A stretch of DNA of 64,000 nucleotides from Eledone cirrhosa (GCA_964016885.1 OZ024743.1:6448001-6512000), one strand, 5' to 3'. Positions 25,891 to 39,049 are shown, counted from the first letter of the stretch. Translations and numbers: made by a program. The notes: generated by a model not told the origin, from the letters alone.

Positions 25891-28800
25891 AATAAAAAAG
25901 TAAAGGAAAAAGTTGAATACAGCATAGGAATAGTTCAATCTACAATATGCTTCCTCAAATTTATGATATTAGTTTCAATGCTAAATAAGTCAAGATTTTT
26001 TCAATGGTGTGCACCATCTTTCATTGAATTCTATTTTCATATATTCTATATAAACACACAAAAAGATGTAGTTAGAGCAATTAATTTTGTATACTTTGTA
26101 AGTTTATAAGTTTTATTTGGATGTTTATAATATTTTTATTACTGATATTTATATTCTCCTTTAACATAAATCAATATTTTTTCACTTTAGTGATGATATG
26201 ATTGCAAAGCAGTCATAACAATTATACTCTGTTTATATCAAATATCCTTTCCTTTATGAACTTTCTACTTCTAAGGAGAATACAGCATATATTTGCCTTC
26301 ATCCCCACCTTCATGATACTCCTTTCTTCTCCGTCACTCATTTCTCTCTTTATAATTCTCCTATTCCCTGTACCATATTGTTAATATAAGCAGGAATGAC
26401 AATGAGTCTTTTTTACCCTCTCATCTCTGCTACTCACTGCACCATGTACTTAACAAGGGATATCTTTAGACCTGTCTACCACCCACCATATCATCGATTT
26501 TGTCAGTCTAATTCTCTCTTTTATCACAATGGCTGTTTGTAAGGGATGGCACCAAATCTTCATTCTTAATATATCCTACTGTAAATGTGGTTGGCATTAG
26601 GAAGGGCATCCAGCCATAGAAAACCAACTAGAAACAATCCTATATGAATGAGACATGGTCTACCAACCCAACTGGCCTCTAATGGGACAACCCCGTCAAA
26701 CCCATGCTAGCATGGAAAATAGACGTTAAATGATGATGATGATCACCCCTTTCTATGTACCCCCTTCCCAAGGTCCCTGATATCCATCACCTTTCTCTCC
26801 TGTTCATATTTCTGCACTCTTCACCCACTCACCCTGATTCTACTGCTGTCATTGCTCTGGGGATCCAGCCAGACCAATTGGCGACAGTTGCTTCTGACAG
26901 GACCCACTGGAAGGTGTGTTTGAGGACTCTCACCCCCACAACTCTCTCAGGAATAAGTGGGCGAAGAAGAATAAACAAATATGATCACTTCAAATCATAA
27001 CAATGTCCATGGGTCATGTTCAACAATGTTCATACAAAATATGTATGTGTGTATGCAGTTTTTTTTTTTTGTTATCTGAGATGGCTTTTCATGTCTTGGG
27101 GCTTCCCAGTGAGATATCCTAGTGAGGAATTATGCATGACTGGTTCTGAACAACATACATGTTGTTTAGTTAGTGGTCAATCCCTATTGTTTACAATCAG
27201 CAAAACAGCTGTTATTTACAACTAGTAAAACATGTTTATTTCATCATGGTCCATTGGCTGATGCCAGATGCTTTTCTCTCTTTTTCTTTTGGATATGGCG
27301 AGAAAACAAATGAAAGGTTCCTGATTTCAAACTCAGATAAAAACCTCTTACATTAATTGTTTCTACTTTTGGCACAAGGCCAGCAATTACCCAGTGCATT
27401 ACTGGTACTTTATTTTATCGACCCCGTAAGGATGAAAGGCAAAGTTAACCTCGGTGGGATTTGAACTCAGATCAAACAGGGAGGTAGCTCTATGCTTCAA
27501 AGCATGGCGTCTGACCCTCTACCGATACTGCCATTCCACAATGATTCCTTGTCAACCTGCTAAAGATGCTACTGAAATGTTCGTGTGACCATTGCTTGCA
27601 CCAAACATCTCCTTTATTTTTACTAAGCAAGGCCACTTCCCATATGGTAGAGATATGCTTTCTGATATTAGTATTTACTAATTGTGGAAGATAATCTGTT
27701 GCCCAGCTTAACACCAGACTGTAACAAAATCCAGTTTGTTGCAAGCATTCAAGTCAGCTCTCCTGTCTGAAGATAATTAACCCTGCAAAAATCGTGTGGT
27801 ACCCTTCCTCCACTGGCTAAGTTAAAAAAATAGAACTTTGGTCAGTGCCATTTTGGGCATTTGGATATTTGCCTTTAGAATACTTTTCAAAGTTTGAACA
27901 TTTTCTTAAAAGTTTCAACACATTCTGTAATGAGATCCAAATCATCAGTTCTGGTGAACATTCAATACCTCAGTACACTTGCTCTGATCAATCAACAAGA
28001 TCCCAGACCTCATTCGCTTGCCAAGTGGGGTGGACCTTGTCAAAACAGACCTAGGAAATAATGTTTCCATTGCTGATACTATCTACTAGTCACAACTCCT
28101 GGCAGAAAGAGCAACATTACATAAAGTGTCTTGCTCAAGGACAACGCATCACCAGGTCCGAGAATTGAACTCACAACCTCATGATTATAAATCCAACTCT
28201 CTAACCACTAAGCCGCATGCCTCAGTACACCCAAATAAAATTTTTGAAAAACTACCAAATGTAATCATTAATAAAGATTAGCAGCATAATGTATTTCATT
28301 CCATCAGTCCTAGATATGTTAGGGATTGAGGATATGTCAAAATAAGCAAAGTAAGAAGATATGAAATGAGAATTTGGGAAATATATTTGTGTACTTACCT
28401 TATGGTCAATGATGGAAACATTTTATAATTGTAAAAAAACAAAATCAGACTCCTCACAGAAGAACTTACCATAAGAGTTTTGAAATGATGATTTTTCTGC
28501 AAATGCAAGCAGGTTAAATAGTTATGTAGAAAGAAGCCTATTTATTAGTACATATGAAACAACTTGATTCATTCATCTATTTCTTCATCTATAAGATGGT
28601 TTTCCTTCTTTTTTTTTTTGATTATTTTCCTTCTAGAAACATTTCCTTTTTCATATTCTCTTTGATAGTTGACTACCTGTCTAGCCCCTAGCCCCTAGTC
28701 CAACTAAACTTATAAGAAAACTCTGTATTATAGCATTTTCTCCATTTCTTTTACCTAGTGGTTATTATAGGCAGGGCCAGATTTAATATGGAGCAAAGAG

Positions 28801-29157
28801 GGCAATTGCCTGGGCCCCTTCAGTGGCTTTAGCAATTTATTTGGGCCCTCAACTGGGATTTTTAGTTTTAGGATGGTTAGAATTGTTGAATTTAATACCT
28901 GTATGTATAACTTTTCAATTCCAATTACTTGTACCAAACTTACTTTGATATGTAAGATTGGGTGTTTGCTGTGTAATCTAATGTTTTATGTATGTTTTTA
29001 GCATTTGCACAAAAATACAATGATATATATAGAGTAATGTAAATGTTAAAGGGTTAATAGGGATTTTAATGTTCAGTTTTACAAAACTGCAGCAATTCCA
29101 TGAGACAGTTTATGTGTTTTCACTTTCAAATTTGTTTTTACACCTTTTATATTTTAG

Positions 29158-29221
29158 AGTTCAAGATGCCCAGGCTTGCTTTATATTAGCCGAGAGAAAT
29201 ACAAATCATAGAAGTGAAGCT
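29158..29221 (+). CDS. slo-2: Slo2/KCNT exon (RCK1): VQDAQACFILAERNTNHRSEA
   Basis: ttttag and gtaagt sites; ACFIL motif; 64 nt, phase 2-0. Confidence 0.94.
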
Positions 29222-29259
29222 GTAAGTTGTATATACCATCATATTTCTGTGTGTGTATG

Positions 29260-29339
<80 letters not shown>

Positions 29340-29390
29340 AAGATTCAACACTCTGACAGCTGAACTCCTGGTGTTTCAACAACTATATAT

Positions 29391-29539
29391 ATATTTATTA
29401 AAATAACAGATTAAAGTTTAAGCAAAGAATCGCTGCTGTCACCCTTAATGGGATCTTCTGAAACTGTTTTAGAAGATCCCGTTAAGGGTGAAAGCAGCGA
29501 TTCTTTGCTTAAACTTTAATCTGTTATTTTAATAAATAT
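29391..29539. repeat. Near-perfect 149-nt hairpin
   Basis: Arms of about 73 nt with a 3-nt loop (ctg); one mismatch and two G-U pairs. Confidence 0.95.
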
Positions 29540-30411
29540 TTGTTCTATGGTTCTTATATATTTGATATATATTTATCCTTATCGAGCCCTCTTTGGATTT
29601 TAGTCTTCAAATTTATTATTATTACTATATATATATATATATATATATAAATTAAAATAGAGAAATTAATGTGAGCAAGAAGCCAACAGTATTTCATAAT
29701 ATATAAGTGACTATAACGTCAAAATGGAAAATATTTACCGTAAGATATGGGAAAATAATTCAAACTCAATTAAAAAAAAATCAAGACAGAAATTTTATCC
29801 ACAAATTTTGTGAAATCCAGGGAAAAAAACCAATAGAGTCTTAACTCAGAATAAAATAAAGTTTAAATACTCATCCTTCAATTTGGAAAAACTACAAATG
29901 TTCTATATAGTCCTAAAAAGACTATTTCACGAAACTTTTCAGTGGGATTAGTCACGGCTGGAGTCGTTCATCAGTAGAGCTCAAAACCCGATAACCGAAA
30001 TCCACTGCGAAAATATGCCAGAAAGGGAATTTAAAAGCAGGCTAGTTCACCTTGTGCAGAATTATGAAAATAAACACACATGGAGAAACATGGCTGGTGA
30101 CGCCAGAATGAGATGAATGTCTGTTTACAAGAAACAGCAGTCAAAACATTCCGAAAATAACTCAACAAAAATGTATGGAGTTCAACATATAGCAATATTA
30201 TCGCGTTTTCTTTTTTAAAAAAGACCGGGATTAGTCACAAATAATTTTAAGCACTCTAGGAAAAATTCTGAGTATATATATATATATATATATAGACAAA
30301 AATTCCGAGTATATATATATATAGACAACCAGGAGCTGGACATATCGATGTATTGATGGAGTGAAACACACTTCAACAACATGTGTACCTGTCTTTCCCA
30401 CACCAGTTCGG

Positions 30412-30466
30412 ACTGCCTGAAGAGGTCACAGCCAAAGATGGCTGTTACCGAAATATATATAGCAGT
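30412..30466 (+). ncRNA. Type I hammerhead ribozyme (minimal, palindromic stem III)
   Basis: actgc CTGAAGA ggtcacagcca-aaga-tggctgttacc GAAA tatata TA gcagt: stem I is 5 bp, stem II about 10 bp, core canonical. Confidence 0.8.
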
Positions 30467-30606
30467 ATAATAAACGAAGCCAAATTTTACATATTTGACT
30501 TAATTATTTTATTTTACATTACTCCAGAGTAAACAAACCAACCTGCATACTTCGTCGAGTGCTCCAATCTGCATACTGAGGTGTCGGTAAACAACCAACA
30601 TATACT

Positions 30607-30644
<38 letters not shown>

Positions 30645-31780
30645 TTAATACACCTCACCAAAATTAATAGTGGATTACTCCACTATAGTTACTTATATAT
30701 ATATTCCATATGTCTATGAAAAGAATACTAGCAATGTATATCCATTCTCTCAATATTAAAGAACTGAAATAACCAATAGGAAGCAGAAACTGTTATAGTG
30801 ATGATAAAAATGACAAATATTGGTGAGTGAAATTGCTTTCAGGCAATGTGCTAACATAGATGAATGAACAGTTCTCTAAAATAGAGTGTATTTGGGCTTC
30901 ATATAGCTATTAGCTGTCCAACTATGAATACTTCTCTGGCTCTGAAATGGAACTTATCATTTATGTTGGAGTCATTTTCTATGAGAAGAGTGTGTATTTG
31001 TCATGTGTGGGTATCATAGATTGTAATGACTAGAATGTATAATGCTGGGGGTAGGGTTGACAGCATGTTATACATGATTAGGGATGATACTGCATTGTCT
31101 TTGATTTCTTGGAATATATAATTTCTGAAAAAGAGACTAGAATGAGGAGGAGAAGAATTAGCAGAATGGCTATAAGATTGAGTTGTGTTTTCTGCTTTTG
31201 ATTGTTAATAGAAAAATAAACAACTTATATCATAGTTAATAAAGACTGTAAAGAGAAAATGTGTTGGAGATGAATGAAATATAAAGAACACATGAGTTGA
31301 TCACTTATGTTGGCAAGAAAATATTCTAATACAATTGATGAGTAACAAAGATAATTGGTTTACAACTTTGATTCTATTTAGAGACAAAAATATTAGTAAC
31401 TGTTTTGAAATTCTGTCTAAATATATTTGGTCCTATGCAACAATCAACCATTTGAATTTGTATAATATTGGCTCTAATGTAACATAAGGTATAATCATCT
31501 AAGCTATTTTATTATGATGTATGTAAATATAATATAATGGGTGCAGATGTGGCCGTGTGGTTAAGAAGTTCACTTTGCCTCCACAGTGTTGTGTGTTCAA
31601 TCAACTATATGACATGTAATAATATTCTCCTAATAACCCTTGTGAGAGAAACTCGGTAGATGAAAACTGTGTAGAAGTCTATTGAAATGTATATAACCCA
31701 AGATAAAGTTGATTTAAATCGGGCTTTAGTTCACTAAAAGTTTCATTGACATCTACTTTCAGATTGTAGATAAAGGGTAT

Positions 31781-34460
31781 ATCATCATCATCACCGTTTT
31801 ACGTCCGTTCTTCCACGCTAGCATGGGTTAGACGGGTTGTCCTGTTGTGGGCAGTGTCTGGTCGGCTGACCATGCCTTGCTCATACAGGAACTGATCTGG
31901 CTTGATTTCTACAGCTGGATGCCCTTCCTAACACCAACCTCATTTACAGTGAGTGCTGGGTGCTTTTTCGTGGCGCCTACACGTCCACTTTACAGTGTGG
32001 GCTGGGTGCTTTTTTGCCGTGGCACCTCCACGACCACCTTGCGGTGGGGGGGGGGGGGGGGGGGGGGGGCATATTGTTTATATGCTTCAGCATGTACCCA
32101 TGGGAGGTCGGGTACCCTGTATTACTGCGTGACGCCAGAAGTCACGGTCGTGTGTTATTGACTTTGAGAGGTGTAGTTGGGTAAGGTCGGCTTTTATCAC
32201 CTCATCCCAAGTCATCTTGGGTCTCCCCACTCCGCGGTTTCCATCAACTTCTAGTGCTCTGCACCTTTTTATGCAGCTGTCATCCTTCATACGCATCACA
32301 TGTCCATACCAGCGTAACCGCCTCTCCTGCACGCAGCATTTGATTCCTCTTATGCTCAGTCTCTCTCTCAATTCATTTATGCTTTGTCGTTCACGTATAT
32401 TACTGTTACACATCCATCGGAGCATGCAGGCTTCGTTTCTCTCTAATCTACGTAAGTCTTCCACCTTCAGCGCCCAGGTCTCACTACCATGCAACATCGC
32501 TGTTCGGATACACGCATCATACAGTCTGCCTTTCATTCTGAGGGAGAAGCCTTTTGCAGCTAGCAGTGGTAGTAGTTCCCTAAACTTCTTCCATCCCGTT
32601 CTTACCCTAGTTATTGTACTTTCTGAGCACCCACCTCCGTTGCTAATTCGGTCACCTAGGTAGCAGAAGCTGTCTACTGTTTCTACAGGGCCCTCCCAGA
32701 GATTGGTGGTACTTGTTTCCTGTGGCTGTTTGCTTGCTGTTTCAGCACAGCTGCTGCATGTGAATCCTACATTCTTAATTAAGCTTCCTGAGATCCCGCT
32801 ACATCTCTTGTGTACCCATTGTTTGCATTTGGGGCAAAGAATGGAGTTCCTACCTACACCTTTCCTACATACTGAGCAAGGCCATTTCCCTGAGGGGATC
32901 TGGGTTCTGTTTTCTCGTCTACTTATAAGGACCTTAGTCTTTGTCATGTTGACTTTGAGGCCCTTTCTCTCTAGTCCCTGCTTCCAGGTTTGGAATTTAT
33001 TCTCTAGTTCTACCATAGATTCAGCTATGAGTGCGAGGTCATCAGCATACAGGAGTTCCCATGGGCATCCGGTCTTAAACTCCTCCGTTATTGCCTGCAG
33101 GACTATGATGAACAGGAGAGGGCTAAGAACAGAGCCCTGGTGGACCCCAACCTGTACGCTAAATTCCTCGCTATACTCATTGCCAATCCTAACTTTGCTG
33201 ACTGCTCCCCTATACATGGCTTGTACCGCTTTCACAAGCCATTCATCTACTCCTAGTTTTCTAAGAGCCCACCAGATTACTGCACGTGGAACTCTGTCAA
33301 AGGCTTTCTCAAGGTCGACAAATGCCAAGTAGAGTGGCTTACTTTTAGCTAGGTACTTTTCCTGTAATTGCCTCACAAGGAAGAGCGCATCAGTGGTGCC
33401 TTTCCCTGGTACAAACCCAAATTGCATCTCGTCTATATTCACCCGGTCCCTAATCAGCTGTGCTATAACTCTTTCTGTTACTTTCATGACCTGGTCCATC
33501 AACTTTATACCTCTATAGTTTCCTCTATCTAGTGCATCGCCTTTACCTTTGTAGCAGTTGACAATGATGCTACTGCACCAATCTTTTGGTATGGCCCCCT
33601 CTAGTATTACCTGGTTAACGATACGTGTGGTTATAGTGTGACCTACAGACCCAGATGCCTTCAGCATCTCGGCAGCTATACCCGATGGACCGGTTGCCTT
33701 CCCTATCTTCATATCTCTGATTGCCTTACTTACTACGCTGCCGCTGACTTGTACTGCTGGTCCCTCTATAGGGTCTACGTGGGGTAGGGTCTCTTCTTCC
33801 CATGCATTCTCCTCATTTAGTAATCTATCATAATGACTCTTCCATGCATCTTTCTTCTCAGCACTTGTGAGGGCAAGCTCACCTTTATCATTCCGGATAC
33901 ACTTCTCTCCAATGACATCACAACTATCTCTGACACACTGCCTCGCAATCTTGAATACCTCCTGTTTCTGGTCCTCACGTTGTAAAACATGCTTGAATTT
34001 TCTATCCTCTGCTTCCCTCCTAGCTAAGTATACTTGTCGCCTAGCTTCCCTCTTGGTCTCTATGTAATGTACCCTGCTCCCCCCGTTCTTCCATTCTTTC
34101 CATGCCTGTCTCTTGGCCTTGACTGCTTCATCTACCTTATTGTTCCACCACCAAGTCACTCTCCTCCTGCTTGAGGTCTTACTCCAGCCACAAACCTCAT
34201 CCGTCGCCTCTAGTAAGTTATTTTTTAGGAACTCCCAGTTCTCTTCTACGTTAAATGTCTCTATCTGTTCTTCTTTACTGTCGTAGGCGTTGAGTAAAAT
34301 ATCTTTAAATCTGTTACTGGTTGAGGGGACTTTCAGCTTCCAGATCTTTCTTCTCCAGGTTGTCCTCTGTTTCAGGGCTCGTCTAGTTCTGACCGTGAGG
34401 TCGCTGACAACTAAGCTATGTTGGGATGTACATTCCTCACTAGGGAAGGCTTTTGTGTTT
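31781..34460 (-). mobile_element. RTE LINE copy B, 5'-truncated; ORF open from the end of the APE domain (EECTSQHSLVVSDL) through the RT to the stop at 32087
   Basis: NYRGIKL, QFGF, FVDLEKAFD, GVHQGSVLSPLLF, LYADDL; reading frame uninterrupted across about 34460-32087. Confidence 0.98.
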
Positions 34461-34825
34461 ATATATATATATATACACCTAATATATCCCTTCCATATAC
34501 TGTACCGATTGTGTTGTTATTTCTGTTTACCTTTTTTATATATATATAAGTATGTGTGTGTATATATAGAATGAGGAACATGCTAAGTTGTAGATGTGAG
34601 AGTCCTTTATCAATGATACATTTTTTTTAGTCCGCTTCCCTTGCATCCAGGTCCGATGAATTCCCGATATTCGTTAAACAATCAGGCGACCAGGTTCGTC
34701 ATTGAAATATGCATCACGGTCTTATTTAATAAAGGCCTTTTTTTACATCTACAACTTCACATTTTCCTCATTCTAATCATACTCTCCCCTACTATATCAA
34801 GCATAAAACTAATATATTTCTTCAT

Positions 34826-36694
34826 TGAAGGCATCTGGGTCTGTAGGTCACACTATAACCACACGTATCGTTAACCAGGTAATACTAGAGGGGGCCATAC
34901 CAAAAGGTTGGTGCAGTAGCATCATTGTCAACTGCTACAAAGGTAAAGGCGATGCACTAGATAGAGGAAACTATAGAGGTATAAAGTTGATGGACCAGGT
35001 CATGAAAGTAACAGAAAGAGTTATAGCACAGCTGATTAGGGACCGGGTGAATATAGACGAGATGCAATTTGGGTTTGTTCCAGGGAAAGGCACCACTGAT
35101 GCGCTCTTCCTTGTGAGGCAATTACAGGAAAAGTACCTAGCTAAAAGTAAGCCACTCTACTTGGCATTTGTCGACCTTGAGAAAGCCTTTGACAGAGTTC
35201 CACGTGCAGTAATCTGGTGGGCTCTTAGAAAACTAGGAGTAGATGAATGGCTTGTGAAAGCGGTACAAGCCATGTATAGGGGAGCAGTCAGCAAAGTTAG
35301 GATTGGCAATGAGTATAGCGAGGAATTTAGCGTACAGGTTGGGGTCCACCAGGGCTCTGTTCTTAGCCCTCTCCTGTTCATCATAGTCCTGCAGGCAATA
35401 ACGGAGGAGTTTAAGACCGGATGCCCATGGGAACTCCTGTATGCTGATGACCTCGCACTCATAGCTGAATCTATGGTAGAACTAGAGAATAAATTCCAAA
35501 CCTGGAAGCAGGGACTAGAGAGAAAGGGCCTCAAAGTCAACATGACAAAGACTAAGGTCCTTATAAGTAGACGAGAAAACAGAACCCAGATCCCCTCAGG
35601 GAAATGGCCTTGCTCAGTATGTAGGAAAGGTGTAGGTAGGAACTCCATTCTTTGCCCCAAATGCAAACAATGGGTACACAAGAGATGTAGCGGGATCTCA
35701 GGAAGCTTAATTAAGAATGTAGGATTCACATGCAGCAGCTGTGCTGAAACAGCAAGCAAACAGCCACAGGAAACAAGTACCACCAATCTCTGGGAGGGCC
35801 CTGTAGAAACAGTAGACAGCTTCTGCTACCTAGGTGACCGAATTAGCAACGGAGGTGGGTGCTCAGAAAGTACAATAACTAGGGTAAGAACGGGATGGAA
35901 GAAGTTTAGGGAACTACTACCACTGCTAGCTGCAAAAGGCTTCTCCCTCAGAATGAAAGGCAGACTGTATGATGCGTGTATCCGAACAGCGATGTTGCAT
36001 GGTAGTGAGACCTGGGCGCTGAAGGTGGAAGACTTACGTAGATTAGAGAGAAACGAAGCCTGCATGCTCCGATGGATGTGTAACAGTAATATACGCGAAC
36101 GACAAAGCATAAATGAATTGAGAGAGAGACTGAGCATAAGAGGAATCAAATGCTGCGTGCAGGAGAGGCGGTTACGCTGGTATGGACATGTGATGCGTAT
36201 GAAGGATGACAGCTGCATAAAAAGGTGCAGAGCACTAGAAGTTGATGGAAACCGCGGAGTGGGGAGACCCAAGATGACTTGGGATGAGGTGATAAAAGCC
36301 GACCTTACCCAACTACACCTCTCAAAGTCAATGACACACGACCGTGACTTCTGGCGTCACGCAGTAATACAGGGTACCCGACCTCCCATGGGTACATGCT
36401 GAAGCATATAAACAATATGCCCCCCCCCCCCACCGCAAGGTGGTCGTGGAGGTGCCACGGCAAAAAAGCACCCAGCCCACACTGTAAAGTGGACGTGTAG
36501 GCGCCACGAAAAAGCACCCAGCACTCACTGTAAATGAGGTTGGTGTTAGGAAGGGCATCCAGCTGTAGAAATCAAGCCAGATCAGTTCCTGTATGAGCAA
36601 GGCATGGTCAGCCGACCAGACACTGCCCACAACAGGACAACCCGTCTAACCCATGCTAGCGTGGAAGAACGGACGTAAAACGGTGATGATGATT
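34826..36694 (+). mobile_element. RTE LINE copy C, 5'-truncated, inverted relative to copy B
   Basis: The 525-aa ORF differs from copy B at only two visible residues (PKGW/PKDW and KSMT/KSIT). Confidence 0.98.
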
Positions 36695-36815
36695 GATATA
36701 GCAGGAAGAGGGTCTTAACGTTTCAGATGCTAGTCCTTCATCAGAAGAAAGAATGAGAAATAAGATTGATTGAGGGGACGAGCGGGGTGGAATTGGAAAA
36801 AATGTCTTTAGATAA

Positions 36816-36855
<40 letters not shown>

Positions 36856-36877
36856 CTATATATAAATGTATATATAA

Positions 36878-37055
36878 TATAGAAATGGCTTCTGCAGGAC
36901 TAGAACTTTTTCATTCGAAGGAAATCATCAAGAAAGCACCAACTGAAACAGTTCTGGTCCTGTGGAATCCATTTCTATATTAAATATTTATACTCTGCTA
37001 TGTATTGAGTACCTTACTTATTGTGATTACCCCCAATTGAACCATGGATAAACTT
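36878..37055. mobile_element. Penelope-type terminal remnant (family of 48095-48660 / 56118-56458) with a short inverted copy
   Basis: atatagaaatgg...gaactttttca is mirrored by tgaaacagttc...ccatttctatat; 36980-37055 matches the reverse complement of 48095-48170. Confidence 0.65.
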
Positions 37056-37109
37056 ATATATATACACAAACACACACACACACTCACACTCACACACTTA
37101 TATATAGGT

Positions 37110-37326
37110 GAAGGCGTGTGGCTGAGTGGTTAGAGAATTAGATTCGCAATCGTGAGGTTGTGAGTTCGATTACCGGACCAGGTGATTCGTTATGTCCTTG
37201 AGCAAGACACTTTATTTCACGTTGCTCCTTCTACCTGGAATTGCGACCGATAGATAGTATTAGCAAATGGAAAGACCAACGGAAGCATTGTTTCCGCGGT
37301 CCAATTTGACGAAAGTCGATCGACTG
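37110..37326 (+). mobile_element. tRNA-derived SINE family B
   Basis: tggctgagtggttaga A-box, gagttcgatt B-box and tgtccttgagcaagacactt; other copies at about 10091-10260, 19159-19437, 28037-28223(-) and 50338-50552. Confidence 0.85.
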
Positions 37327-37846
37327 TTGATATATAACAGCAGTAACCAGTAGTAATTACTGTGTTGTGAAAATTGAACAATTCTATTATTACAAAGACA
37401 TATAAAAGAAATGATTATAAAGACATATATAGCCCCATATACAGTATTTTAAGGTGTGATCATATCACAACCACCTCAGCACAATAAATACTATATATAT
37501 GTATTTCAGGACTTTTTAATCCATCAGCGATGCTTACTTACTAAGAGATACTGAAGTAGAAGACAATATCTTCATATAGATTTTGTAAACAAAATGGTTT
37601 AGGAATTTTTTAGGGAGATGAAGGAAAACAAAGTCAATGTTTTGGCTGTTCTTCTTCTCCATTTTGATTTGAGAAATTATGAGTGAAGTAACAAAAAAAA
37701 AAAATTAAATGGATGTGCTTATTGTGACATCTGCATTTCAGAAGTTCATTTTCCATATTTTCTTCCCTCTGTATAAGTTTGTGTCACTGTGGAAAAAATA
37801 CATTTACTGTTTTCAATTCATTAATAATTTCATTTCATCTCTTCAG

Positions 37847-37955
37847 GATCAACATACAATTCTACGATCATGGGCTGTCAAAGATTTTGCTCCTTATTGT
37901 CCCCAATACTTACAGCTTTTTCTGGTTGAAAATCGAATGCATGTTAAATCTGCAG
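37847..37955 (+). CDS. slo-2: Slo2/KCNT exon (RCK1): [36 protein letters not shown]
   Basis: cttcag and gtttgt sites; [13 protein letters not shown] motif; phase 0-1. Confidence 0.96.
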
Positions 37956-39049
37956 GTTTGTTAATCAAACAATTATTTGAAAAAATGCTTTTATTTTATG
38001 AGATATAATTTGTCAAGTAATATCATTTTCTTTAACCCTTTTAATACCAAACTGCTTGGAATCACCTCTGGTTCTATGATACAAAACTGTTTGTTTTAAA
38101 GTGTTTACATTTATTTACAGAACCTTCCATTATAATTTTATGTAAGAACCTTTGTTATATTCCAAACACAAACTTAATAATAACAATAAAGTTAAATCTC
38201 TTTAAAATCTGATTTTTTTTTTTTTCAAAATCATAGGGAGTGCATTTCCTTACAAATATGATAGCAAAAGGGTTTTAAATATTTTACTGTATTGCAAAAA
38301 TGACTTTTACATTGGAAAAAACATCATTTCTACATAAAACAAATCCTTGACCATTCTAGTTCTTCATTTCTCTTGTCTTTTTTTCTTGTCTTTTTTGAGA
38401 AAACATTATCAATTCCTTGTGTATTCCTTTTCTCTCACAAATGTACACAGATAAGCACATACATGCACATATACCTGATGCAGTGATAAATAATCCTGGC
38501 CTACTTTCTGTCACAAGTTCTACACTAAGCTGTAAACTTGCCAAACGTGACACCCAGACTTATAAAATGTCACTTAATTATATTCTTAGATTTAATACTG
38601 TTTTTATAAGAGGAGCATGCAGTGGATTCCTATCTGTGATATTATAGTTTGATACAGAACCACAAGGATCCAGATTCAGTTCTCCTGCACAGAGTCTTAA
38701 GCAATTATCTTCTACTGTGTATTAGAGTTGACCAATGCCTTATGAATGGAATTTAGTTGACAGAAACTGTGCAGAATCCCATGCACCACACACACATATA
38801 CATATGTATGCATCCATGATTCATCCTCCCCCATCCAACCCATGCCAACATGGAAAGAAAGATGGTTGTACTTTTTCATTGTACTGCTATACATCACTCG
38901 AATACTCCTTTCTTCAAGACCACTTCCATGACCCAACACTTATTCTGCCTACTCACATCTCTGATTCTTCCTTCCCCATCCAACCATTCCAGCATGGAAT
39001 GATTGATGCACCCCATAGTGTACCATCAGGTGTCACTTACTCTCTTTAA

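Noticed and set aside
32217-36272. Repeated 148-aa and 209-aa ORFs (also at 14042, 14450 and 25420)
   Set aside because: Antisense shadows of the RTE ORF; they recur only because the element is repeated.
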